NCBI GenBank assembly: GCA_038087875.1
Contig: CM075977.1
Span: 229,338,001-229,402,000, forward strand
Direction of reading: 5' to 3'
DNA: 64,000 nucleotides
DNA from: Malacoraja senta
Taxonomy: Eukaryota
The notes beneath the pieces are model-generated. The model searched no databases. It saw only the letters and a program-made list of their open reading frames with translations, and was not told the DNA's origin. The position numbers and the translations under genes were made by a program. Shown here piece after piece: positions 35,549-48,852 of the stretch. Each line of letters begins with the position of its first letter. The first letter of the stretch is position 1.

Positions 35549-36854
35549 CAAGAGCGGAACTCACTATCAAAACATGGAGGGGATGGGGGACACAATTTTT
35601 TGGCGGCTCAACTGCTTGTCTCACCGGGTTAACTACAGCCCTGCCTGGACCTGACGGGACACCAGCACTGCTTCTCCGCGCTGGCCATATTTCCCGCAAG
35701 TCCATCCATCCCTGAAGGTGGAACCTCATGTAGATAGGGTGGTAAAGAAAGCTGGCCTTTATAAATCAGAGCATTGGATATACAAGTTGGGATGTCATGT
35801 TAAAATTGTACATGGCATTGGTGAGGCCAATTCTGGAGTATGGTGTACAATTTTGGTCGCCTAATTATAGGAAGGATGTCAACAAAATAGAGAGAGTACA
35901 GAGGAGATTTACTAGAATGTTGCCTGGGTTTCAGCAACTAAGTTACAGAGAAAGGTTGAACAAGTTAGGTCTTTATTCTTTGGAGCGCAGAAGGTTAAGA
36001 GGGGACTTGATAGAGGTCTTTAAAAGATGAGCGGGTTAGACAGAGTGGACGTGGATAAGCTTTTTCCATTGAGAGTAGGGAAGATTCAAACAAGGGGACA
36101 TGACTTGAGAATTAAGGGACAGAAGTTTAGGGGTAACATTAGGGGGAACTTCTTTACTCAGAGAGTGGTAGCTGTGTGGAATGGGCTTCCAGTGGAAGTG
36201 GTGGAGGCAGGTTCGATTTTATCCTTTAAAAATAGATTGGATGGGTATATGGACGAGAAAGGAATGGAGGGTTATGGTCTGAGTGCAGGTAGATGGGACT
36301 AGGGGGAAGTTTTTTTTGTTGTTTTTTTTTAAATTAAAAAAAAATGTTCGGCACGGTCTTGAAGGGCCGAGATGGCCTGTTTCTATGCTGTAACGGTTAT
36401 ATGGTTATATGGTTATATGGTTGTACGTTCACCTGGCGGGACAGGCTGAGTTGAGCTGGGTTTAGTGCTGTTTCTCTGCGCTGGCTGTGGGCCTGGGGGC
36501 ACAGCTCGTGTCTGACTCCCGACGTCTCTGGCCACCCGTGGGGGGGGAGGGGCACTCGGGACAGCGCCGGAGACACGGCCGGGATCGATCCTGGCTGTGG
36601 ATGAGGCGCAGGTCTGTGCCACGTCTCCCTCCTCCAACCACCGCGCTCTATCCTCAGTCCCACCTCCCCCCCACCCCCCACTCCTCCCTCCGCCAATCAT
36701 CGCGCCCTCGATCATCAGTCCCACCCCCACTGTCTCGCGGAAAGCGGATATTTTAAAATACGGATCACAAAAACTTGGGGGGGTTGTCCCCCACCTCTCA
36801 AAACATGGGGGGGACGTGTCCCCTCTGCCCCCCCCCCCGGGTTTTCTGCCCCTG
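35549..36854. mobile_element. Second hAT-type non-autonomous element, related to 19873-20610
   Basis: CAAGAGCGGAA...TTCTGCCCCTG ends and 8-bp TSD ctctcttg / ctctctta. Internal similarity to 20070-20560. Confidence 0.78.
35709..36421 (+). mobile_element. 5'-truncated CR1, same young family as 17078-18256, nested in the hAT element
   Basis: Near-identical to 17528-18256, including the (ATGGTTAT)n tail. Confidence 0.9.
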
Positions 36855-39800
36855 CTCTCTTAAAAGCATCCAGAGAACCTGCCTCCACCACCCTCTGAGG
36901 CAGAGAATTCCATAGACTCACCACTCTCTGTGAGAAAAAGTGTTTCCTCGTCTCCGTTCTAAATGGTTTACTCCTTATTTTTAAACTGTGGCCCCTGGTT
37001 CTGGACTCCCCCAACACCGGGAACATGTTTCCTGCCTCTAGCGTGTCCAAGCCCTTAACAATCTTATATGTTTCAATGAGATACCCTCTCATCCTTCTAA
37101 ACTCCAGAGTGTACAAGCCCAGCTGCTCCATTCTATCAGCATATGACAGTCCCCCAATCCTGGGAATTAACCTTGTAAACCTACGCTGCACTCCCTCAAT
37201 AGCAAAAATGTCCTTCCTCAAATTAGGGGACCAAAACTGCACACAATACTCCAGGTGTGGTCTCACGAGGGCTCTGTACAACTGCTCGGCTGGTCTCGCA
37301 GAATCAGTTGTTTTAACTGACTTCCAACACCAGACCACGCACTCTGCAACTTGCAGTACAGCATGTGGTAGATATCCCACTTTACAATTAAAAACACAAA
37401 ATACAGGATTAACTCAGTTGGTCAGGCAGCATCTCCGGAGAACATGGACAGGTGACATTTCAGATCAGGACCCTTCTTTAACCTGGCAATTATAGAGTCA
37501 GCATTTGCCAACATCTGGGAGGTGGTTATAATTATAGTCATACAGTGTGGAAAGATGCTCTTCGGCCCCACTCGCCCACACCGACCAATATGGTATAAGG
37601 TAGAAAGAGGAGGAAGAGGAGGCGCAGGAACAGTAGGAGGTGAGGAGAAGGTAGTGAAGGAGGAGATGGAAGAAGATGATATCGGGAGCCCCATTTTTTT
37701 GTTGGAATGTCAGACTGATAGCATCCTAACGTGCAGCACAAGTTTATTACCTCTTCCTCTGGCAAACATTTTTAACAATCCAGTAATCTGAAAGAGGACA
37801 GATTGTTCACATGCGCTGGCACCTTCTAAGCCTTTATGAATCTAGTCATGAAGCCTTGATCTGAAATTGCACAGTAGAAGTCTGAACTCCAACTATAGCA
37901 TTCAACCTTTTAGTGCCCTCTACTTGTGCAGACATCTCTGACACCCAACACTACAGCATGGTTGGCTCCAAGTGGCTTCCACTTCCATGCTGGAGAGGAT
38001 AGACATAAGGCTCTGCACAAAGGCATGTGAATGGTTTGGAGCGGAACTCCCTGTATCCCTTAATGTTAAATGCAGTTTTAGGACAATGTTAGGACAATGC
38101 TCGAAGCATCTTAATGTGCATAGATTGGATTATCAAAGTCCTCATCCAAGCTTTGCAGAACAGAACGTGTGTAACCTCATCGTCTGGGGAATTCTACGTA
38201 ACCTCGCCTGTTTGCAGGATTGACTGATAGCTATCAGAATTTATAATGAGAAATAACTATGCTGTGAAATTATAAAGGTGATCAAAGAGGGGGGGGGGAG
38301 GGGTTGTCATGGCATGATTATTTCATTATTATAAAGGTATGTATTCCAATAACTATCAAGGGAATCGTGGACACAAATGAATCGTAGTTCAAAGGCCTAA
38401 ATTCATCTCCAGTGGAATGTTCATCTTCATTGGTCTAAAAAACAACTGGCACCCTTCACTCTCAACAGCACTATTTTTTCTGATACTGAAGGCTCTAAAG
38501 CAGCATTATATAAACGGACAGGCACAATCCCTCTGTATTCATTGGGGCAGTGCTGTACACTTATGCACAAACATAAATCAACCCATACTATGATCCTGGT
38601 AACAATATCAGCTTCACGAGCTAGTGCTGAATCACCGATAATTTCACGAGCTAGTGCTGAAACACCGATAATATCTGCAAACACATGAATAGTTTCATGT
38701 TCATCAGCTGAGAAATGAGCAATGAGAAACTATTTGAGAAAAGAGTGGATATTCCAACACATTATCCACTCCTGGTTTTGAAGGTCTTCTTTTATCAACC
38801 TATCACACAGGATATCCTCACACCAGATAGTCCACACATACAAGAGCGATCTCTGAAATCGCCAAGAAATACCTCAGGCAAGTGTCTCTATTGCCCTTGT
38901 TCAAAGTGAAGGTCACCACCTCCCTGAAATGCAGCCTCACAATTCTGCAGCTGGTCTCTACTTATAAATCACTGCGGCATAATAAAGGTAAAAATAAACA
39001 ACCTTTATGGTGGGGAATTTTTGACTTTTTGGCTGATGTGACTTTATCATTCAGAGGGGAATCTGCATTTGCAGCATTTCACATAGCTCAGAGCAGGCAT
39101 TTGTGATCTAACTGAAACCATACCATGTTAGTTTTTAGTTTTAGTTTTAGAGATGCAGCGTGGAAACAGGCGTTTCGGCCCACTGAGTCCGCGCCGACCA
39201 GCGATCCCTGTACACTAGCACCATCCTACACACTAGGGATAATTTACGATTTTTACTGAAGCCAATTAACCTACAAACTTGTACCTCTTTGGAGTGTGGG
39301 AGGAAACCGGAGCACCCGGAGAAAACCCACACGATCACAGGGAGAACACACAAACTCCATACAGACAGCACCCATAGTCAGGATCGAACCCGGGTCTCTG
39401 GCACTATAATGCAGTCATTCTACCGCTGCACCACCGTGCCGCCCTAAAAGAAATGTCCTTGTACTAGGAAGATGCCTCCTCCACACACTATTCTACTCCA
39501 GAAAGTGTAGGTTTCTCTGATCCCAGGATATATCAACCCCTTCCCTTCCAACCCAGCAGCAGAGAATTCAATCTTTCCTTGTGAACATTCCCCGCTGGCT
39601 GGAAAATTTCTCCTTGCATTGTGGCATGACTCTTTAAAGGAAGTCAGAGGTGTAAGGATATATGGCAGAAGCACGAAGTTTGGGTGATAACGGCTTGTCT
39701 GCATGAAGAAGCACAGCAGCATTTCATAAGAGAAATCATCCCATAGTTTTCATGCAGGCACCAATAAACGCACTCTCGTCAGACATGCTCAAAGCCGCAT

Positions 39801-40158
39801 CACAGAGATGGCTAATATTGATTTAACACTGAAAAATATTGTTGCAAATTCATTTCTAAGCTATTATTTTTACCATAACTTTTCTTTTATTTCTTTAAAA
39901 CCCAGTAAATTTCTTCAATAGATTTATTTTTAGTTTCCTCATATCCCTATTGGGAGGATTCAAGCAATATTTTTAACTACTCTGCGGTTTTCTGATTTGC
40001 ATTTAAAATGGAACCGAAAATAATATGAAGCTAATTAAAGAAACAAATTCAAAAAACAGGCAAAACACTTTGGTCTTTCATTTTGTTTGAGCACTCTGAT
40101 CAGATTAAGTGGAGAGCTACAAGACAAAAGGAAGATCATAGAAGGTGAAGCTCCAGTT

Positions 40159-40222
40159 ATGAAGAACAAACAAATGCTGAAGCCTTTTGCAGCAATTCTG
40201 CTTTTCACAATTCTTGCAGCAG
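40159..40222 (+). CDS. Gene D putative exon 1 (MKNKQMLKPFAAILLFTILAA)
   Basis: ATG, basic n-region and hydrophobic h-region, exactly 64 nt, G|gtgtgt phase-1 donor. Joining to 52203 gives an A-D-A cleavage-type motif. The pairing across 12 kb is inferred. Confidence 0.65.
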
Positions 40223-43200
40223 GTGTGTTGTTTAATTATTACATTTTTCATTGTGCAATGTGATGAGTAAATATTTCCTGTTTTCTTAGCAATAGAAACC
40301 TCAAAAGTACAAAAACAAAAACATATTGAAGACATTTTCTTCCTAAATAATGAGAAACAACAACAATGAGTTGATTGTTTGTGGAGACATTGGTACAAGC
40401 ATGTGCAGAAATCATTGATTAGACTAGTTGTGAATTGATTTGTAGACTGTACTACTACTAGAGAGGCACAGTGGTGCAGCTGGTAGAGCTGCTGCCTCAC
40501 AACACCAGGTTCGATCCTGACCTTGGGTGCTGTCTGTGTGGTGTTTGCATGTTCTTTCTGTGATCGCTCGGATTTCCTCTCGGTGTTCTGGTTTTCCCCC
40601 ACATTCCAAAGACGTGCGGGTTTGTATGTTAATTTGCCTCTGTAAATTGTCCCTAATGTGTAGAGAGTGGATGAGAAAGTGGGATAACATAAAACTTGTG
40701 ATAGTCGATATATCGATAGTCAGCATGGACTCGGAAGGCTGAAGGGCCTGTTTCCATGCTATATCGTCTGCTCATGCAGTCTCTTTGCAGATGAATATGA
40801 TCACCTCAGCATGCAGCGGTCCCATTGATTTATGAATGATAACATTGTTCTTGCTGTGTATTCCATGGCCATGAATGTGCATCTTTGGCATATCTTGGCT
40901 TTTTAAAATAAAAGTTACTAATTATGTAATTCCTCACAAACTTGAGCAACCACTTGAAATGAGTTTCTGTGACAGAGGTTTCAGTTTCTACTCACCATAA
41001 ATTAACTACAGATTACCATTAGTTCCAGTGTCAATCTGTAACACATGAACCTAAAGAAAGGGAATATTACCACCTCATCAATTGAGGGGCTAGGATTCTT
41101 TATCTCCATTTAGTTATTTAAGCAAAGTGTCATAACAGGTCCTAAAGCATTCCATATTGATATCCATACCCAAGCAGATAGGCCACTGTTATATTGGGCC
41201 TCCTTGAGGATTAATTAAGACTTTTTGAAATAAATAAAACAAAAAATCAACTAAAAAACTCAATGAAAAGATTAAAAATTCAAGTAAAATGCAATTGTTG
41301 AATATAAATGTATAAATAAATGGTCAGATTCACAAAAAATGATTACAAATTTTAAAATCACATATAAAGCAAATTTAATAATGAAGTTCTGTTTCTTAAA
41401 ACTACTACATTTCAAATACTCCAAAATACATTATTTCATGATTTAATTCAAATTGTAAAATAATTTATATAATTTTTCAGAGCTCTGCTATCACCACATT
41501 ATTTTAGATGGGATAAACCAGATTACCACAAATCCGTCAGCTTAGATAATGTTTTGGTCCCTTTGTTTGTGATGAATGTTTATGGCATGTTGGTGTCACT
41601 GGGAAAGCCAGCACTCATCTGCCAGAAGTTACAGAGATCTGTGAAAGAGAGTGATTGAGCAACTACTGTTCACATTCTATGTCCATTTAGATATCAAGTA
41701 AAATCTCCACATTCGTACTTGCTACATTGCTATGTAGCAATGTTGGTTGTGATGAGGGTGCAGGGGCTTCAGGAAAACAGGCAAGAACTGATTGTGGCAA
41801 CATGTACATTTGTACACTTTGGTAGAAAAAATTGAAAGCCAGTCTTTTTAAGTAATTAAAGATTGAATGACGTGATAGAGGAATCTGAGTGACCATTTAC
41901 ATGAATTACTAAAAGATAGCATGCAGGCACAACATGTATTGAGTTATGTTGGCTTTTATTGCAAGAGGATTAGAGTACAAAAATACAAATGGCTTAAAAC
42001 AATTATCTAGGCTTACTCAGGCCACACTTAAAATATTGTGTACAAGCCTGCCTAATTTAGGAAGGGTAGATTCGCCATACAGAAAATGCAACAAAGGTTC
42101 ACCAGGCTGATTCTAATGAGAGAGGTTGTGTTGTACGAGGTTTGATGAAACAGATTGGGACCAGGCTCTCTTACATCAATCTCTTAGATTAATGAGAATA
42201 AGAGATGATCTCACTGATACATATGAAATCTTTATGAGACTTGACAGGATATATTTAGGGATTGTTTCCCTTGACTGGGGAGGCTAAAACCAAGGTTTGA
42301 TCATTCAGGTATCAGATGACAAAAAAATCACCCAGAATATAATAACCGTTAGGAATTCTCTATCCAAGGAATCTGTGGAAGAGAGTCACAGAGAGCAATA
42401 GATGTCTAGATATTAAGGGAATGAGGTTGGTACAAGAAAACAATGTTGAGGGGAAAGAACAGCAATGACCTTAACGAACAACAGGGGCACAAGTGTACGT
42501 AAGGCCGACTCCAGTTTCTTTTTCCTATGTTCTTAACATTTTAATAAACATTTTCTCTTTCAGAGGATCTTTAAATGGTTTTACTCATGGGTCATATAGA
42601 GCAATTTACCATTTGTAACGAAGACTTGAATAAAGTTATTATTTTCTGAATAAACCGAGGTATATTATTTTGCACAGTGACACCTGCTATGTGGTAGATA
42701 GTTCTGATATCTGTAATAAATGTTGCAAACACTAATTTCTCATTAAACTACGCTGATGAGGTCTGGGCATTCAGGGATGGTGTTTACAATCATCTAGAAT
42801 TCTGCTCACCTGATTTTCCTTTCCCATTGTCTGTTCTTGCCAGCCACTGCCAACCCCAGCGCACCAATATCCTTTTATTAAAGATCATCGATCCTTTGTA
42901 TTTTGCTCTTATTAGCAATAGGTTGAGAACATGCAGTTGATGAGCATAACTGTCTCTTCTTTTTTTTTAAATATTATTATTTTATTAGAAGTACAATCGT
43001 ATGGCACCAAAGTGCCTAATATATATTTTCATAATACATTTTATGTACAGCTTCTTATATTTTTTATTATAATAAAGAAGAATAAGAAAAAGAAATTAGA
43101 TAATAAAGTATAGAAAAATGTGAGATATATAGTGTGTGAAGAAGAAGAAAAAAGAATGAAAGGAGAAAGTTAAAGAAAAGAAAATGTGGAAAAGAGAGTA

Positions 43201-44658
43201 AATTTTTTTTAAAAAGTAAGGAGATCATTATTTATAATCTTGACCATCCCCCACCCAGTCCCGAGACAGTTAGCTTTTACAATTGTGTTGCACCATATGA
43301 TTCCAAAAAGACGACAAATGGAGACCAACTCGTTATGAATTGGTCTGATTTATCTATTAGGAGGAATCGCATTTCCTCAAGATGTGCAGTGTCCAACATG
43401 CTTGCAATCCACATTTTGAGCGTTGGTATTGGTGTATTTTTCCAAAATTTAAATATTAATTTTTTTGCTATTATTAAACCATAATTATAAAATAAATTTT
43501 GAGATGAATTCAATTTATTCCCATTTTCCATTACTCCAAATATAATCAATTCAGTATTAGGTTCCATTCTTATCTTAAATAATTTTGTAAATATTTCAAA
43601 AATATCACTCCAAAATCTATAAAGTTTTATGCAGGAAACAAAAGAGTGTGTTATAGTTACGTTTTGGGATAAACACTTATCGCAAATGGGGGATATATTT
43701 GGATAGAATTTATTCAATCTTGTTTTTGAATAATATAATCTATGTAAAATTTTAAATTGAATTAAATTATGTCTTGCATTAATCGAACATTTGTGAATGT
43801 ATATCAAATACTTTTCCCATGTAACCTTCGTAATTTTTATCGTTAATTCCCGTTCCCACTCTTCTCTAAGTACCTCTGTCGATGGTAGGTCTATATTTAA
43901 AATACTATTATATAAATATGATATAAATTTTTGTGAGTCAGCTTTAATATTCATTGCTTCTTCCAATAAGTCAGGAGTTATTTTTTGATATCCTTGTATG
44001 TATTTCTTCATGAAATCGCAAATCTGAAGATATTTAAAATAATGGTTGTTTTTCAATTTAAATTTTAATTGTAATTGTTGGAATGATAATAAATTTCCCA
44101 TTTCATATATATCCCCGATCCTTTTAATCCCTAAACTTTCCCATTGATTATATGTTTTATCAATAAGAGATGGTTTAAATAAAGGATTATTCGTTATTGG
44201 CATTAACAATGATAGGTTTCTTAATTTTAAGGATAATTTTATTTGTTTCCATATTCTTATTGTATCATGTATAATTGGGTTCTTTTTATATATTGTATTG
44301 TTCCATTTTTTCGGGGAGAAGAGGATCGTTCCTATATTACAAGGAAAACAATCCTCTTTCTCCATTTTTATCCATTCTGTCTGTTGGGTAGAACTGTCCA
44401 ACCAATAAATTATATTCTCAATATGCACTGCCCAATAATAATACAAAAAATTCGGGAGTGAAAGTCCCCCGACATCTTTTGGTTTACATAAAAGGCCTGT
44501 CTCACGAGTCTGCGGTCATTGGCGGCGAAACAGGAACTATCTACCGCTCCTGGGCCGCCAGAGACCGCGGGCTCGGTCAAACGCACAATTCCAGGGCCGT
44601 GCGGCGTTGTTCCCAACACCGCACGGTGCTAAATAAAAACCAACACTGTCCAAAAATA

Positions 44659-47600
44659 CAGTGGCTTGCAAAAGTATTCATACCCCTTGAACTTTTCCAC
44701 ATTTTGTCACGTTACAACCACAAACGTAAATGTATTTTATTGGGATTTTATGTGATAGACCAACACAAAGTGGTGCATAATTGTGAAGTGGAAGGAAAAT
44801 GATACATGGTTTTCAAATTTTTTTACAAATCAAAAACTGAAAAGTGTGGCGTGCAAAAGTATTCAGCCCCTCTGAGTCAATACTTTATAGAACCACCTTT
44901 CGCTGCAATTACAGCTGCAAGTCTTTTGGGGTATGTCTCTACCAGCTTTGCACATCTAGAGACTGACATTTTTGCCCATTCTTCTTTGCAAAATAGCTCA
45001 AGCTCAGTCAGATTGGATGGAGAGCGTCTGTGAACAGCAATTTTCAAGTCTTGCCAGAGATTCTCAATTGGATTTAGGTCTGGACTTTGACTGGGCCATT
45101 CTAACACATGAATATGCTTTGATCTAAACCATTCCATTGTAGCTCTGGCTGTATGTTTAGGGTCGTTGTCCTGCTGGAAGGTGAACCTCCGCTCCAGTCT
45201 CAAGTCTTTTGCAGACTCTAACAGGTTTTCTTCCAAGATCGCCCTGTATTTGGCTCCATCCATCTTCCCATCAACTCTGACCAGCTTCTCAGAAAATAAT
45301 AGCAAAAACATTAGCCAATAGATTAAGCAAGTATGTTAGTAGACTAATACATGAGGATCAAACAGGATTTATACCTAAGAGACACTCATTTAATAATTTG
45401 AGACGTTTGCTTAACATAATGCATTCACATAAATCTTATGACCAAGAGTTAGCTATCATCTCACTGGACGCAGAAAAAGCGTTTGATCAAGTAGAATGGG
45501 ACTATATGATCAAAGTATTGCAAAAATTCCAATTGGGAGAAAACTTTATTGCATGGATAAAACTACTATATAACAAACCTACGGCTAGAATACTAACTAA
45601 TAATATATTATCTTCAAAATTCGAATTATCTAGGGGCAACAGACAAGGATGTTCACTATCACCGCTGTTATTTGCTTTGGTAATTGAACCCCTTGCTGAA
45701 AAAATAAGAACACACTCGAATATTCACGGTTATAACACAAAATATTCAAACAACAAACTATCCCTATATGCTGATGATGTACTACTGTACATCACAAAAC
45801 CACAAATTAGTATACCAAATATATTAAACTTAATTGAGGACTTTGGATCCTTTTCAGGATATAGAATAAATTGGAACAAAAGTGAAATTATGTCGATTAA
45901 ACCAAAAGATTCAACACATCTCAGGAAATTCCCTTTTAAAATAGCTATGGAAAAATTCAAATATTTAGGAATTGAGATTACTAGAAATTACCATGATATG
46001 TTTAAAGCTAATTATAATCCCCTACTTAAGAAATTAAATAATCTGATTAAATTTTGGAAAACACTTCCGATGTCCTTAATAGGTAGGATAAATGCTATAA
46101 AAATGATTTTCTTACCACAAATCCTTTACCTATTTCAATCAATACCTATATATCTCCCAAAAAAGTTTTTCAAAAAACTGGACTCAGACATTACAAATTT
46201 TATATGGGATTACAAATCCCACAGAATACAAAGAACACACCTTAACAAACGAAAAGAGTTGGGGGGTCTAGCGCTCCCTAACTTTATGTATTATAACTGG
46301 GCAGTAAATATTAAAAATATGATTCACCTGCTGGACAATTCTGCCCAGCAGGTGGACTGGATTATAATGGAAAAAGGGGATTGCTCCCCGAATAATATAG
46401 GAGCGATTATTCTCTCTCCAATAAACTTGAATAATAAAAATTATAATAAAAATCCAATTATATATAGCACTATTAGAACATGGAAGCAAATAAAACAGAA
46501 TCTAAAATTAAGAAACCTATCTCTCTTAATACCAATAGTCAATAACCCATCGTTTAAACCTTCAATCATAGATAAAGCATTTATACAATGGGAAAGAATG
46601 GGAATTAAAACGCTCGAAGATCTGTATGAATTAGAAAAATTACTATCATTCCAACAACTACAACTGAAATATAATTTGAAAAATAATCAATATTTTAAAT
46701 ATATACAAATCTGTGACTATTTGAAAACACACACAAAAGATTATTATAATATGCCTTCCGACTTACTAGATGAAGCAATGAAGACAAAGGCGGAATCAGC
46801 TAATTTAATATCATACTTATATAATATCATCTTAAATATAGAAATACCCACAACAGATGGAATTAGAAGAGATTGGGAACAAGATCTAGGTATAAAAATT
46901 TCAAAAGAGAGTTGGGATAATCATTTATTACAGGTGCATAAATGCTCGATCAACGTACGACATACGCTTATCCAATTTAAAACATTACATAGATTATATT
47001 ATTCAAAAACCAAACTAAATAAAATCTTTCCTAACGTCTCACCAATCTGTGATAAATGTATATGTCAAGAAGCTACCATAGCACATTCTTTTGTTTTTTG
47101 TACAAAAATCCAAAAATTCTGGTTTGAAATATTTGATATTTTTTCAAAATTAATCAAAATAAAACTGGTACCAAAACCAGAATGGATTATTTTTGGAATA
47201 TCGGAAGGTATTCCTGAATTAAACGTGTATCAGAAGAATTTACTCAATTATGGGCTAATAATGGGAAAAAAGCTTATACTTAAATTCTGGAAAAATGCGC
47301 CCACACCAACAATAAAAATGTGGACATCAAATATGTTGGAAACATTACATCTGGAAGAGATGAGATTCCTCCTAGTAGGCAAAGCAGATCAATTTCAAAA
47401 GACGTGGTCTACGTTTTTGGACCTATTACAAGCATGAGGTGCAATAGTAATTTAGAAAAACAAATAAATAAATAAAAGGTATCTGGACCTGGTAATGGGA
47501 GGTAAAATAAAAATAGACTTGGTTGGTAGTTCCTTCTCTATGAAGTATGGTATAAGAGTCATAATAGAGCGATTGTTCCTTCTTTCTTTCTCTTTTTTTT

Positions 47601-48852
47601 CTAGGGTCTATTTTCTAACTTTACTTCCTTCTCTAACCTCTTTTCTAAGGGGCTTTCTTTTCCCAACACTCTTTTGCACTTCACAACCTTTGCGCACTTT
47701 CTTCACTTTTCTTACTTCTTTCTTTTTCTTTCTTAAAGTTTAAAAAAGTGAAGCGGTACAAAAAATGTATTAATATATACGTGTTGTACATTACTGTAAT
47801 CTACCGTACTTCTAAAAAATAAAAAATATTAAAAAAAAAAATAAAAAAAAACTCTGACCAGCTTCCCTGTCCCTGCTGAAGAAAAGCATCCCCACAGCAT
47901 GATGCTGCCACCACCATGTTTCACAGTGGGGATGGTGTGTTCAGGGTGATGTGCAGTGTTAGTTTCCGCCACAAATAGCGTTTTGCATTTAGGCCCAAAA
48001 CTTCAATTTTGGTCTCATCTGCCCAGAGCACCATCCTCCACATGTTTGCTGTGTCCTCCACATGGCTTGTGGCAAACTGCAAACGGGACTTCTTATGGCG
48101 TTTTTTCCAACAATGGCTTTCTTGTTGCCACTCTTCCATAAAGGGCCGATTTGTGGAGTGCACGACTAATAGTTGTCCTGTGGACAGATTCTCCCACCTG
48201 AGCTGTGGATCTCTGCAGCTCCTCCAGAGTTACCATGGGCCTCTTGGCTGCTTCTCTGATCAATGCTCTCCTTGCCAGGCCTGTCAGTTTAGGTGGACGG
48301 CCATGTCTTGGTAGGTTTGCAGTTGTGCCATACTCTTTCCATTTTCGGATGATGGATTGAACAGTGCTCCGTGAGATGTTCAAAGCTTGGGATATTTTTT
48401 TATAACCTAACCCTGCTTTAAACTTCTCCACAACTTTATACCTGACCTGTCTGGTGTGTTCCTTGGGCTTCATGATGCTGTTTGTTCACTAATGTTCTCT
48501 AACAAACCTCTGAGGCCTTCACAGAACAGCTGTATTTATACTGAGATTAGATTACACACAAGTGGACTCTATTTACTAATTAGGTGACTTCTGAAGGCAA
48601 TTGGTTGCACTGGATTTTATTTAGGGGTATCAGAGTAAAGGGGGCTGAATACTTTTGCACGCCACACTTTTCAGTTTTTTATTTGTAAAAAAATTTGAAA
48701 ACCATGTATCATTTTCCTTCCACTTCACAATTATGCGCCACTTTGTGTTGGTCTATCACATAAAATCCCAATAAAATGCATTTACGTTTGTGGTTGTAAC
48801 GTGACAAAATGTGGAAAAGTTCAAGGGGTATGAATACTTTTGCAAGCCACTG
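44659..48852 (-). mobile_element. Tc1-family (DD34E) transposon with long IR/DR termini, split by an L1
   Basis: TA TSDs and about 212-bp TIRs starting CAGTGGCTTGCAAAAGTATTCA with an internal direct repeat. Paired-like HTH (48093-48473), WADETK, QQDNDPKH and SPDLNPIENLW motifs. Confidence 0.95.
45289..47850 (+). mobile_element. Inner 5'-truncated L1 with a 679-aa open ORF2 segment (45398-47437)
   Basis: Poly-A tail and 16-bp TSD AACTCTGACCAGCTTC (45273-45288, 47850-47865). RT and CxxC...H domains are uninterrupted. Confidence 0.95.

Larger units (their letters stand above)
35367..37286 (-). mobile_element. CR1-type LINE with (ACAATAG)n tail, interrupted by a hAT element
   Basis: RT C-terminus LYRALVRPHLEYCVQFWSP (36855-37286). 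The 3' UTR and tail lie at 35367-35548. Confidence 0.85.

Noticed and set aside
40290-40370. Acceptor 67 nt after gene D exon 1 giving AIETSKVQKQKHIEDIFFLNNEKQQQ*
   Set aside because: Very short intron, low-complexity A-rich sequence and no recognisable motif. Possible only as a minor splice product.
40117-40602. 161-aa Cys-rich minus-strand ORF (CCKNCEKQNCCK)
   Set aside because: It starts inside a V-SINE and is the antisense of gene D exon 1, whose GCA/GCT/CTG codons read as TGC/AGC/CAG.
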